Below, piece by piece: positions 9,401 through 19,500 of a DNA stretch of 64,000 nt. The notes beneath the pieces were generated by a model. It was given only the letters and a program-made list of their open reading frames with translations. It did not search any database and had not been told where the DNA came from. Source of the DNA: Patescibacteria group bacterium (lineage in GTDB: Bacteria > Patescibacteriota > Dojkabacteria > J137). The stretch is taken from the NCBI GenBank assembly GCA_016861265.1, contig BOLA01000001.1, positions 331,569-395,568 on the forward strand, read 5' to 3'. The position numbers and the translations under genes are program-made. Every line of letters begins with the position of its first letter. The stretch's first letter is position 1.

Positions 9401-10131
9401 AGAGAGCTGTCGGTTGGAGCCGGAGTCTCATCACCCCATCCACCTGTTAAGTTACAATCAGTACCAGTAAAGTCTGGTTGGCCCCATACATCGTCAGCTA
9501 TTTGATCTGTTGTAAATGGACTAATGTATTTAAGTACTCTATTATTTACTACATCGGCTATATATAAATCTCCATTTGAATCTACAAACATGCTTGTAAA
9601 TGTCTTATGTTCTAATGTTGTATGTGTCCATTCGGGAATGCCGCATATTGTAGAAGCCGATGCGGGAGTTGCCTCTGGATAATATTGAAAACTTGCATCT
9701 TGATTACAAGCACCATAATCGTTTAGACTGGGCTGACCTATTACAATATCACCTGTACATCTTTCTTCAGAATCTGTGGCATAACAATCTGCTAAATTAA
9801 TTCCAAGAATTCTGCTATTACCGGAATCCCAAATATATGCTCTACCAGGACTTACCGATCTATCAACAATCACTCCTCCAGGCGAAGAAACCTTATCTGC
9901 GACAACTTCTCTAGGTGAAATTTCACCAAAGCTACGTTTTCCCAATACAATATCCGCCCACAGGTCATTAGGTTGTCCTCTTATTGCTCCATTCACGTCG
10001 GCTTCAATAAACGAAGTAAAATATTGAGAAAGTGTAAACCCAAATACAGAAATAAATATAAGCAATGCGGAAACTAAAATAATAGGCAGTCCTATTTTCT
10101 TTTTTTTGTTATATCGTTTTACTCGAAACAT
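6463..10131 (-). CDS. Large surface protein: NHL beta-propeller repeats, Gly/Asn linker, C-terminal TM + carboxypeptidase-regulatory-like domains
   Basis: Repeated (L/V)xxADxxNxRVL and ADxVxGQ NHL motifs; likely start MFRVKR at 10131 before the signal anchor. Confidence 0.8.
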   Translation of the reverse strand: MFRVKRYNKKKKIGLPIILVSALLIFISVFGFTLSQYFTSFIEADVNGAIRGQPNDLWADIVLGKRSFGEISPREVVADKVSSPGGVIVDRSVSPGRAYIWDSGNSRILGINLADCYATDSEERCTGDIVIGQPSLNDYGACNQDASFQYYPEATPASASTICGIPEWTHTTLEHKTFTSMFVDSNGDLYIADVVNNRVLKYISPFTTDQIADDVWGQPDFTGTDCNLTGGWGDETPAPTDSSLCFSSTYSGGAGVSLDDDGNLWVADGGNYRVLRFPNNSGTIAKTADIVIGQESFTTIESNDTADRLRSPTSIRFASNGDMYIADTGNTRVQLFKAPFTTGMNAFETVLDSDTLTGGLVSIEMFPDGNGFWTYEGEDAGAGFRDWDLDGAWLGHHFTNWNPGGGSIGIDTEGNILVSAYVYQQDVARFAYDSNDDIYTADKSFFYPPGGYNLTTARRLEQGGWGGLAVNNNQLIVADGRLLYWNDPLNKTSGVAPDGYVGAASATDKPDPGYSIMKSDLDGKVYVVKGTQIYVYQAPLNNSSTPITILTPSFNAKGGGSVSILNTIGGIAVAPHSEYLWVSNPDNNRVFRIHDPLDNPVVDIVLGQTSLSGVECNKGIVAPPNIDGNVTADRSMLCIPGALSLDNNENLFVSDHFFEAAGNWRLLMFGDDLFPANPDNIIFNLSATKEFPRVNNITQFGAATFETAFDSTNRMVVGYNPYFGPRFLEYFNNPTTVNLSNRSDPVYAVADGRFKDFGGWVFSLTFDSNDNLFAYDTNRGQVLIYKDPFGTPDSGGGDNGGGDNVSGNNGGNGGNNNNGGNNSTGNGGNNTGNLGNNNNAITTGNNVSSNNKPVSYIPVKEQYPVSFANNDTKTTVNNGNPEQAIDELVNNTESEKTLSLVMSVLVEFAKSSNPNYPLNFAAVLLFLILLLLGIYLAFSKGNILGVIPLLTDSLLNRNKNYGGVIYNSTTLKPISFAKVSILRKSVMANNVAADQIETYLTDLEGRYKLLSLPSRNLTIEVKALGYEYFLKPLPGNLDIALDPTKEVTTARRLFAFNTNSLIKWSRIAYVLAAIWGYIVTIYEQVAQPSTQNVILLAIYSVLFIIVSYPSLYSLFLKKVTVMGNDSKLAGAVVRIYKDRKLIDMDLTDKKGVAKFGIEEGIYTAIATKPGFGVEESELEIGEENKIKAQLNLKPSTQSENLTSNLDLHDQVIQENHNKFNLH

Positions 10132-10284
10132 TATTCCTATTTTAGAGTAATTATTACCAATAATCAAAATGTAAATAACGGCTATGTCCCTAAGCATGCT
10201 GACAGACACTGACAACAGAAGTTGATATTTCTATATATCTAGTATATAATAATATATAGCTCATTTTATGGAGGTGTCGTCATC

Positions 10285-10749
10285 ATGCTTAGGGACATTC
10301 GGTCCAACCGTTTGCGGATCTTTTTCAATGGCGAGAATACCATCCAGCGGGTGGAATTCTACGGCGAAGAAGGAGAAATCCTGACGGTCATGTTCAAGAC
10401 ATGGGGTATTTATACCCCGAACAATCCTGCTCCCATTCGGCTCGAAGTCGACTGTGGTGGGTTTGTTCAGTCCGTAGATGAGTTCGGCGAGGTAACTTTT
10501 GCTACCTGCTTCCTGGTAAAACAGGAAGGGGCATTAGTCCAGCCGGAACTCGAAGCGGAAGTGAGTGCATTTGTTCTTAAAAACCAGTCGTTCGCCATCG
10601 AAATGAAAGACGATGATGGGTTGGTAATCCTAGAGATTCCCCAAACTTTGAAGATGAGGGGGATTCAAGAGGGTACTCAATTCTACTTCCACGAATGGAC
10701 GTTTGACTATCCGATCATTCTTATGGTCGACGATGGTCAAGGGATTTAA
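10285..10749 (+). CDS. Hypothetical acidic protein (GC-rich, SD-led)
   Basis: GGAGGTG at 10270-10276; TTGATA..TATAAT promoter-like motif upstream; hairpin downstream. Confidence 0.7.
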   Translation: MLRDIRSNRLRIFFNGENTIQRVEFYGEEGEILTVMFKTWGIYTPNNPAPIRLEVDCGGFVQSVDEFGEVTFATCFLVKQEGALVQPELEAEVSAFVLKNQSFAIEMKDDDGLVILEIPQTLKMRGIQEGTQFYFHEWTFDYPIILMVDDGQGI

Positions 10750-10761
10750 CGAACAAACAAA

Positions 10762-10786
10762 GTGGCGCGCATAACCAAGGCGCCAC
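10762..10786. terminator. Hairpin between convergent genes
   Basis: gtggcgc...gcgccac stem. Confidence 0.5.
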
Positions 10787-10791
10787 AAAAT

Positions 10792-11775
10792 TTATTGTTC
10801 AAAGACTTCGTTTAATTCGTCACAATACTCTCTTGTTTCTTCGTTAGTAAATAGATGACATCTGTCAGTTATTGCCTCACCAGCAACATTCCCATGATAG
10901 TATGCATTATCAGTATCTAATTCCATATTAGGAGCAACAGTATTATTTATTCCATGACCAGCTCCTTCAAGATGTGCAATTTCATGGGCTGCTACATTTC
11001 CCTCTGAATACTGCTCATTTCTATAGAAAACTAAGTTCTCACCTATATTTATTACTGCCGCTGAATAACTATTATTATTGCAATATCCGTTAGAAGCCTT
11101 TAATTTTGTGCCATCAAAATCTACAACTCCCGAAAATGAGTGATAAGCAGTTCTACTTACTTGTCTTTGCAATTGATTTATCTGATATGTATTTGCGAAT
11201 ATTATTAGCTCAGGCTTTGTAGTCTGACAATGATTAGCTGGATATCTACTAATTCGTTCTCTAAGAACTCTTCTAAGTTCTATTATCTGTTCATCTGTAA
11301 GATATTGCGGAGTACCAAATATAATTAAATTTTCCTCAGGATATTCTCTAAATGGAAGATCAACTCCACTATTGTCGTTTGACCCTTCAATTATTTGCCT
11401 GGCTATGTCACACTCTCGTATTGCAGTTAAATCAGCAAATACCCACCCCTGTACACCATCTTCATCTTCAATTAAATGTCAGCCATGTTGAGAGTAATTA
11501 TAATCCGCAAGCTCTTGAGGGGATAAAGATCCTAATATGTTTCCATCTAGACTAGATTCAGATCTAATGTTCGCGCCTGTAGAATTTGTTCGGGTAATAA
11601 CACAGTTCAAACCCTGGGCTGATGAAGAATTGCCCCCGGTCAAGAAACTAAGTGCAACTACTGCGTTTAATATGAATTTCTTTATTTTCTTGCTAGGAAT
11701 AAGATTTATACCTAGATCATTTACTATTTGTGAAAGAAATTGTTTGTTAGGAGATTCAAAACTTATTGATTCCAT
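10792..11775 (-). pseudogene. SH3b + zincin (HExxH) metallopeptidase gene with a single in-frame TGA at 11479-11481
   Basis: Track ORFs 11479-11775 and 10792-11172 are in the same frame with no other stop between them; ANIRSESS..G*HLIEDEDGVQGWV (SH3b) and AHEIAHLEGAGH. Confidence 0.75.
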
Positions 11776-11813
11776 TAGTGATTAGTTTGATTGTCAATAT
11801 CGATTACATAAAG

Positions 11814-11886
11814 TATGCCCGTGAGGATTCGAACCTCAGACCTACTGCTTAGAAGGCAGTTGCTCTATCCACTGAGCTACGGGCAC
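11814..11886 (-). tRNA. tRNA-Arg (UCU), CCA not encoded
   Basis: GTGCCCGTAGCTCAGTGGATAGAGCAACTGCCT-TCT-AAGCAGT..GGTTCGAATCC..CGGGCATA. Confidence 0.95.
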
Positions 11887-12051
11887 ATAGTAAATATTGC
11901 GCAGTTTTTTAATGATTCAAACTATATCCTAAATGGACTATAAGGGTCATGTTTTCGACTTTACTACGTTTGTCTTAAACGACCTTATTGTGCACTTGGC
12001 TACACTGACTGTAGCATGCGTAATTTTAGCACTTTCGCTATTCAAATAACA

Positions 12052-12126
12052 TGGTGGGTCCGGTGGGATTCGAACCCACGACCAATCGCTTAAGAGGCGA
12101 CTGCTCTACCACTGAGCTACGAACCC
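12052..12126 (-). tRNA. tRNA-Lys (CUU), CCA encoded
   Basis: GGGTTCGTAGCTCAGTGGTAGAGCAGTCGCCT-CTT-AAGCGAT..GGTTCGAATCCCACCGGACCCACCA. Confidence 0.96.
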
Positions 12127-12280
12127 TTATAAATACGTAGCAAAAAAACACCTAAATTAGGCTTGTGAATTATATAAAAAAGTTGGGTACTTGTCCATCT
12201 ATTAAAAGATTTAATTATCCTTTACAGACTTGTTTATTTGACGATTTGAAGGAGAGTTTCTGATAGGATAGGAAAGGATC

Positions 12281-12306
12281 GGGCAGCAACCAAAAAGCTG
12301 CTGCCC
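12281..12306 (-). terminator. Hairpin downstream of the basic-peptide gene
   Basis: gggcagca...tgctgccc perfect 8-bp stem. Confidence 0.5.
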
Positions 12307-12329
12307 ACTTCTCAAAACAAATGAGGGGA

Positions 12330-12464
12330 CTACCCGCCGTGCCGCCGCTTACGGCGATCTTCCTTCCGCTCACGCCTCAGAGTGAGGCGCTTCGCACGCT
12401 TCTTGGAGATCGTCTTGCCGTTCGCCGACTGACTACGCCCGGATTGATCAGACTTACCGTCCAT
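12330..12464 (-). CDS. 44-aa highly basic peptide (not in ORF track)
   Basis: MDGKSDQSGRSQSANGKTISKKRAKRLTLRRERKEDRRKRRHGG; GAGGTG SD; consensus promoter; downstream hairpin. Confidence 0.75.
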   Translation of the reverse strand: MDGKSDQSGRSQSANGKTISKKRAKRLTLRRERKEDRRKRRHGG

Positions 12465-12496
12465 GATCCACCTCGAAAATATTTTGCGATAACGCA

Positions 12497-12524
12497 ATTT
12501 TACTAATTTTTAGTAATATGTCAA
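12497..12524 (-). promoter_or_regulatory. sigma70-type promoter for the basic-peptide gene with a palindrome in the spacer
   Basis: TTGACA-16nt-TAAAAT; ttacta-N5-tagtaa palindrome overlapping the spacer. Confidence 0.6.
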
Positions 12525-12637
12525 TAAATTTTTATTAATATAATGGTTTGGGGAAAAGGTTTATAGAAAACGAATCACAGAGAAAGATACCTCCGGCTAA
12601 AATTACCCTTCTCTATGATTCTGACGTTCCGCTCTTT

Positions 12638-13249
12638 TCACGGCTTGTTACGGCGCACGAGCCAACGGATGAACAAAATCACGACCACGTATGCAATGCC
12701 GAAGTACAGCACGTCGTTCAGCACGAAACTGATGCGCATTTGGTCGTATGCCGAGATGCCAGTTCCATTGCCCCTAACGAAGATGTCCACACAATATATA
12801 ACTGTGTAGGACAACCTAAAGAGGATAAAGAAGCTGACCGCGACAAGCGCGTCGCCCAGAAACTCTTTCGCTTTTCCTTTGCCGGGGATTGTGTCCATCG
12901 GCATTGCGAAAAAGATGTAGGCAAAAATCGGGATGATGAAGTTCCCATACAGCATCAGTTCGTTCATGACGGGGTCGAGCGTGAACGCCAAACCATCGAT
13001 GCCGTATCTGGAGTAGAACAGAGCCTTTACGAGGGCAACGTAAACCGTGCCCACTGCGATCAGGACATAGCCGATCCAGAACAGGATCCGGCTCCGTGCA
13101 AGCATGGTGAAGAACCCCCCGATGGCTTGAGTCACCGACTTGCTGCCCTTCGGAAGAGCTGGTTTCTTGATGTTCTTGAACCAGTCCACCACCGCGTCCC
13201 GCCGCTCCTTGAGAGCTGCCATTGGGTTTAACTTTGCCGTTGCTGCCAT
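12638..13249 (-). CDS. Hypothetical 4-TM membrane protein (GC-rich, SD-led)
   Basis: AGAGGTG at 13254-13260 before ATG 13249 (MAATAKLNP); four hydrophobic segments; basic N-terminus. Confidence 0.75.
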   Translation of the reverse strand: MAATAKLNPMAALKERRDAVVDWFKNIKKPALPKGSKSVTQAIGGFFTMLARSRILFWIGYVLIAVGTVYVALVKALFYSRYGIDGLAFTLDPVMNELMLYGNFIIPIFAYIFFAMPMDTIPGKGKAKEFLGDALVAVSFFILFRLSYTVIYCVDIFVRGNGTGISAYDQMRISFVLNDVLYFGIAYVVVILFIRWLVRRNKP

Positions 13250-13270
13250 TTTACACCTCTTTGTTTGAGT

Positions 13271-13323
13271 TTGTGCCGGAGCTTCAAAGATCAAATATAT
13301 TAATCTATAGAGCTCCGGCACAA
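13271..13323. repeat. Perfect 13-bp inverted repeat in the 5' leader of the membrane-protein gene
   Basis: ttgtgccggagct (13271-13283) / agctccggcacaa (13311-13323). Confidence 0.85.
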
Positions 13324-13446
13324 GGTAATTGTATCTTTCTCTGTTAATGAGCAAGCTATTTTATTAGCTCTATACAACAATTATACCATTTTTACTCAAA
13401 AGTTACCACTGAATGGCAACTAAAATACCATAAGTTAATTCTATAC

Positions 13447-13482
13447 AAAAAAAGTAATAGGGCTCTGTTCTAGAGCCCTATT
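13447..13482 (-). terminator. Intrinsic terminator after the 2079-aa gene
   Basis: aatagggctct/agagccctatt stem with a T-tract on the minus strand. Confidence 0.75.
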
Positions 13483-13501
13483 TAGACTACTTTAAACCCT
13501 T

Positions 13502-16500
13502 TTACATCATTCCGAATTTACTCTGTGCATTTGAACCCATTTCCTGATAGGTTTTTCGTTGCATAGGAATTTGTATATTCAAAAGACTCTCCTTTTCCAG
13601 ATTTACTTCCATGTATGGTACACCAGTAGCGTCTTTAAACTTTGCAGTTGATTCCTCTATTTTATATTGAAGATTTTCTGCTTTAATAAGGTAGCTGCCT
13701 GGTTTTAAGAATAGATTATATTTTCCTAAATTATCTGTAACCACCGAACCCAGTTGTCTACCACTTTCTTTTTCAAATATTCTTACAAATATGCCTTTTA
13801 AGTTTTCACCGGAGTTAGCTTCGAATACTCGACCTCCTTTGTTTCTACTAATTAAATAGTATGCTGCAATTTGAACAATGAATACAATTAATACCACAAG
13901 GTTTAATGTATTTGGCGCAACTAGCATGGTAATTAAAGAAAATATAAAGCCAATAAAGAATATAAACGTATTAATTTTAGGCATGTTATTCTTTAGCCAA
14001 TTTCTTAAAACTAACCATTTGTCGTATTTAGGGTCAACTGGAGTTAACGCAATATCAATGTTTACTGCCTCATCTGTTATGGCAATATTATTTCTGAATT
14101 CTTCGTACCCATTTACCTTTGCTTCTAGTAAATAATTTCCAGATTTTGCAGCAATTGAATATTTACCATTTAAATCGCTTATCTCTTCTGCAATAAATTG
14201 ATTACTCATGTCCAGTATTCTTACTGTTACAAATGGAACCGGTTTATTATTTGTTGCATCGAATACAAGTCCCCAAGACAACTTCTTTCTTCTTTTTCTA
14301 AACCATACAAACGCATACATAACTGCATTTGGATAACTAACTGCCGTTAATGCTGTTGCTGCAGTTGTTGTAACAACTAAGGCTGTTGGTAAACTACCTG
14401 TCTTTGCAGAGTTGTTAAATGCTTCTACTACTGTTTCAATAATTGTCCTTGTAGGTTCCTCTGCTGTAGGTTCTGCTACGGTCGGAGTAGGAACGCTAGT
14501 ATCTACTGGGTTATTTTCTGCTACTGGGTGGGTCGCTGGCGAATTTGGATCGTGTGGATCTGTTGGTTCAAATGTTTCGTTGCTACATACTGTTGTATTA
14601 ATTGTAAAGTAGCAACCCAAGACTTCTTCGCCATCTAACAGACTGTCGTTATCGGTATTTGCATCTAAAGGATCTGTTGGCTCAAATGTTACAGAACTAC
14701 ACTCTGTAGTTCCTTGATTGTATACACAACCATCTACTTCCTCACCATCTAGCAATCCATCGTCATCTGAATCACTATCGTTTGGGTTAGTTCCCAAAGA
14801 AATTTCTTCCTGGTTTGTTAAGCCATCGTTATCATCATCTGCATTTGTATCTGGGGATGGTGTATTAGTTGTAGTAGGCTGTACAACTACAATTGTTAGT
14901 GTAGATTCTAAATTACCATAAGGACCTGTACCTGTTAATGTATATGCTGTAGTTGTTGTAGGCGTTACAACAGTTGATCCATTTAGTGAATTTAAGGTTC
15001 CTACTCCTCTATTTATACTTAGCGCCGTTAAATTGCTTGTAGTCCAGTTTAATGTAACAGATTCTCCTAAGTTGATTGTAGTCTTATTCGCAGTAAAATT
15101 AATTGTAGGTACTGGCGTTACCGGTACTTCGGTTATTGTTATTAAATTTGATAGATAAACAACACTGTCGTATAACGCACTTATGTAGTAAGTTCCCGGA
15201 GCAGTTATTCTAAGATTATTTACACTGAATTCTCCATTAACTAATTCAATATTACCGTAATTAATTAATGTATTCTTTGTAGTGGAGGTTACTGAGTCAA
15301 TTAGATTTATAACTAGACCACCATTAAAATTCTGATTACTAAAACCAAGTTCATCAACAACCTTTGCAGTAAAGTTTAAATTATCAGCAGTGGTTCCTGT
15401 ATTAGGCAATACATTTAAATCAAGAGTATATGTATCGGCTTGTTCTTCGTCCTGGTAGGCACCGAATGCAAGTGTATAGGAATCTATAACTGGCGTTGAA
15501 TCGTTAATCTCTGTCATTTCAATCTTGAATTTAACTCTATAATCGTTTTGCGACATATTCAAGATTTCTGCCAGTGTTATTGGGTTCCAGGTTACACCGT
15601 CATCTACCGATACAAAGTAAGAAACAGCTCCATTTAACTGCTGTGCAGTCACTTTAGGGAACAACAAGTTCTTTAACTTAGTAAATAAGTTATTATCCTG
15701 TTCAGGTGTACTAGAGTTTGCTACCGTAATAACTCCTACATCTTGAACATCTCGTAATTCAAAATAATTTGCGAATAGTCTATTTTCCGGTGTCGAATAG
15801 ATAACAGCCTGTCCAACGTCTTGCCAGCCTCTTATTAAGTCGTATTTTTGGAATCCATCAACATCTCCGTTTACATATAAAGTGTTATAGTCCTGTACCA
15901 CATAAACGGCACTTCCTCTATATGCGTTACTAGTATCAACCCCTCTATTATTTGTGGTAATGTTTAATCTTATATATGTATCATCAAGTAAATCTGTGTA
16001 GGTATCATTAAAGTTTAAGTAGTATGCATCTCCCAATTCACCGGTTAAGAATAATTGATCACCCACATCGTTTTGACCTTCAATGTATGTAATATCGTAT
16101 ACATTCAAGTTTTTAATCTGGGCTGAATCGGCCAGTTTAAGCACTGTATCATCAGATGCATCTCCTGGGGTGGTGTGGGAATCTAATACCACATACAATC
16201 CTCCTGTTTGATTGTAACCAGCCATACCTACTAGCAAGTAACCATTTGGATCGACCAATACACCAAATACACTGCCGTTATTTTCAAATTGGGCGTTTGA
16301 ATATTCAGCTAAAGTGTCATCCCCAAAGTTAGTTGGAGTATTATTATCGTTTAATTTTGCTAATCCAATTCCATATCTTGGAACATATAATTCGTTTCTC
16401 TGAAAGTCGAACGATAGCCCCAAGGCACTTCCATCTGGAAGTGAGCTTACAACCGTATAAGTATCATCTCCAGTATTTGTTAACGTATTATTTAAATCTA

Positions 16501-19500
16501 AATACCCAACAGTTCCGCCAACATTTATATATGCAGCCAATCGTCCTCTTGTATCCGGAACTATACTGCCTAATTGGTAGTAGGATATCTCAACTGCAAC
16601 ATTATCAGTTAGGTTATAAACTTGAAGTCTATATAAATCAGAAGTCCATAGGTATGTCTTTCCATTCAGTACAGACAATTCTATTGTTTGCATTGGACCA
16701 TCTAGGTTAGTAAGTCCCCAACTTACAGGATCAAGTACAGTACTCTGTCCTGTTGAAATATCGTAGCTTACAACCTGACTTGTTCTTGTATACCAAATCC
16801 TATTACTATTGGTTGGATCTTTTTCAACTAAATATTTGTTATAGCCTGTATTTTGATACTTTGTTGGATAGTTTGTAGTATCAATTGATGTTCTAACTGT
16901 TGAGATTGTTTCTCTAAGTCTTAATCTACCATTACCCCAAATTAAATTCGATTCCGATAATACATGATTTGTATGATCATTAAAGTCTTCAGTCTCTATA
17001 ATTAATTGTGGCTCACTTAGTACAGGAGCAATAATTGTAAATTCATCACTCTTTGTGGTTACTAAGGCCTGGCTGTCACTACACTCTACTTCGACAGTGT
17101 GTGTGCCTAGCGAAAGCGTTGGTAAGTCAAATGAATACTCTTCAATTATTTCTCCAAGATCGCCATCTAAAGGTGTAATATCCTGCCAAGATCCTTCATC
17201 AAGTCTGTATCTTAATTGTGATACTACAGAATTTGTATCATACAAGCTATTATCAGAACAACTTCCGGTAATTCTTGGAGAGTCGTCCATTGTTGGATCA
17301 GGTCTAATTGCTTCTAAGTATAGAGTTGGTGCAGTCGAGTCTTCAGCTTCAACTGTAAAGAAGTCACTTCCAATATATGTTGCATCTTTACTTGCAACAT
17401 CTCTAGGATTTAGTCTTACAAAAATAATACCGTCTGGCAACTCTATTGGAATAGTAAATGTTACTATTTCTTCTGCATCACCAAAAGAATCATCTTGGGT
17501 AACATCTTCAGGTAAAAATCCGTTATATAGTTCAGTAAATAGATTATCTTTATATACAGTTAATTGTAACTGTTCAATACCTACATCATCAGTACAAATA
17601 ACATTTGTGTAAGTTACAGTATTAGAATTTACAACCGAATTTTGACTAGGCAAGTCGCAGAATGGATCTTCCTGATCGTCTACGAAATCGAATACAAATT
17701 CCTGACTTACAAATTTACCACTGTAGTCGTATGCTGTAACAATTACAGTATTTGTTCCCTCATTAATATAAGGAATAGTAAAGTCGAATGATTTATTGTT
17801 ACTATCACCGTCTAGTGTAATAGAAACGGGGCTATCCTCGTTTAGTTGATATTCAGCATAATCAACAGCCACATCATCTGTAACTGTTCCCACAAATTGC
17901 ACTCCATTCGATGCCATTGATCCTGGTGAAGTTGTAAATTCTATAACCGGGTTTTCTAGGTCTTCCACTGAACCTCCTGGCACATAAGTGTAGCTGTTAG
18001 GAGATAATACCGGACCATTTGCTCTTACGGCAACAGCAAGGGCTATGTATTTATCAACACTACCTGGTGTATATAATTCATATTCAGTAGTAGTGTCATA
18101 AGAAGATACAAAGCTTGCTCCAGTTCCGTTGTAAGAATAAATTGTGCTTCCATAGGAAGGAACTAGCATTGTATTAGTATCTGTATAAATTGAACCTATT
18201 ACCAAATCATTTGCCTTACTATTTATAGGCATTAAAAAGTTGGAAGTATTTATATCAGACTTCGCCTGACAAGAGTAATCGCTAAATTCCATGTTATCAG
18301 GATTAGCATTGGAAATAGTAACAGCTGATAATACTAAATCTCTTATATCACTGGCACTTCCTTGAAAATCAAAACTAAAATCAAGAGTTCCTGCTTCAGG
18401 CTTGCCATAGTAATACCAGACTTCGGAAACCATATCGTAAGATGTAGAAAGATCGGTTAACGCCGAGTAACATCTTGGGTAAGTTTCTACCTTTCTGAAT
18501 AAATCCCAATAATTTTGATCGCCAATGTAGCCTATATAATTACTCCACATTCCATACCCGTAAGACTTATAAGATGCAAATACTAAAACCATATTATCTG
18601 TTGGTTCCACATCAATGCTCAAATTTGCAGTTGTAGCATCGTTAAATCTATTGCTTGCAGTACTTGTTATTAACGGTGCAACAGCTTCGGAATATTCTTC
18701 AAAATCTTGAGTGAATACCTTTACTTCGTAATCAACGCTGTTATCATCACCCATTTCGTTTACTTCTATGTTGTATGTACCTGTTTCAGGATTGTTTATT
18801 ACCAATGTTTTATAGTAAGTTTCTTGTGATGAATTTGTTATCTGCCCTGCAAAACCCGGTAAATAGACGGTAAGTCTCAAATCAGTATTGATAGCCTCTT
18901 GAGCAATTAAGCTAACAATTAACTTCTTTGCAGTACCGGAAAAATCAAATGAGTGACTATTTGTTCCAAAATCGAATACTGTATCTGATATGTTGTAAAC
19001 ATCAACACTTGGCTCAGGATTAACTTCGTAATGAACAATTACCCTAAAACCGCCTGGCGTGTCATTTGAATAAATATTCAAGACCCACTCCTGATATTCT
19101 GGGTTTACAATTTCCATGTATTGCGGATCTCCGTCTGGATAGTACATAGTATCGCAGTAATATCTTCCGCATACATTGCCAATTTGAATATCTGTATCAC
19201 TAATAACATCTATTGCTATTCGTGTTGCATTTTGTGGTGTTGAGAAAAAATATTGAGTGTCACTGTAAGAATCTAACTGATCTACTCTAGATAAAACCAC
19301 ATTATCAGGATCAGGATCAGTAATTAGGTTGTAATCAACGTAAACTAGAAAGTTACCCCCAGTTCCATTGCTATCGTAAGGGAAGTTCACAGAGAAGTTC
19401 CAATCACCGCTATAAGGATATTGAATAGTAAAGGATTCGGATTCCGAATCTCGAGTCTCGGAATAATATGAAAAATATGAATTTTCTGGATGTTGAATAT

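Noticed and set aside
11479-11481. UGA recoding (code 4 or 25)
   Set aside because: Core genes have no internal TGA, and TGA ends 51847-54600 exactly where its paralogue has TAA.
12245-12285. Purine-rich stretch whose complement (gatcctttcct) resembles an anti-SD
   Set aside because: Too short and low-complexity to support.
12321-12506. 61-aa + strand ORF
   Set aside because: Shadow of the minus-strand basic peptide, which has the promoter and SD.
12548-13231. 227-aa + strand ORF
   Set aside because: Antisense shadow of the SD-led membrane protein; GC-rich DNA lacks stops on the opposite strand.
14560-14860. Repeated gatc..ttgg.tcaaatgtt segments as a CRISPR or DGR repeat
   Set aside because: They encode TSP3-like protein repeats; no regular spacers, cas genes or reverse transcriptase seen.
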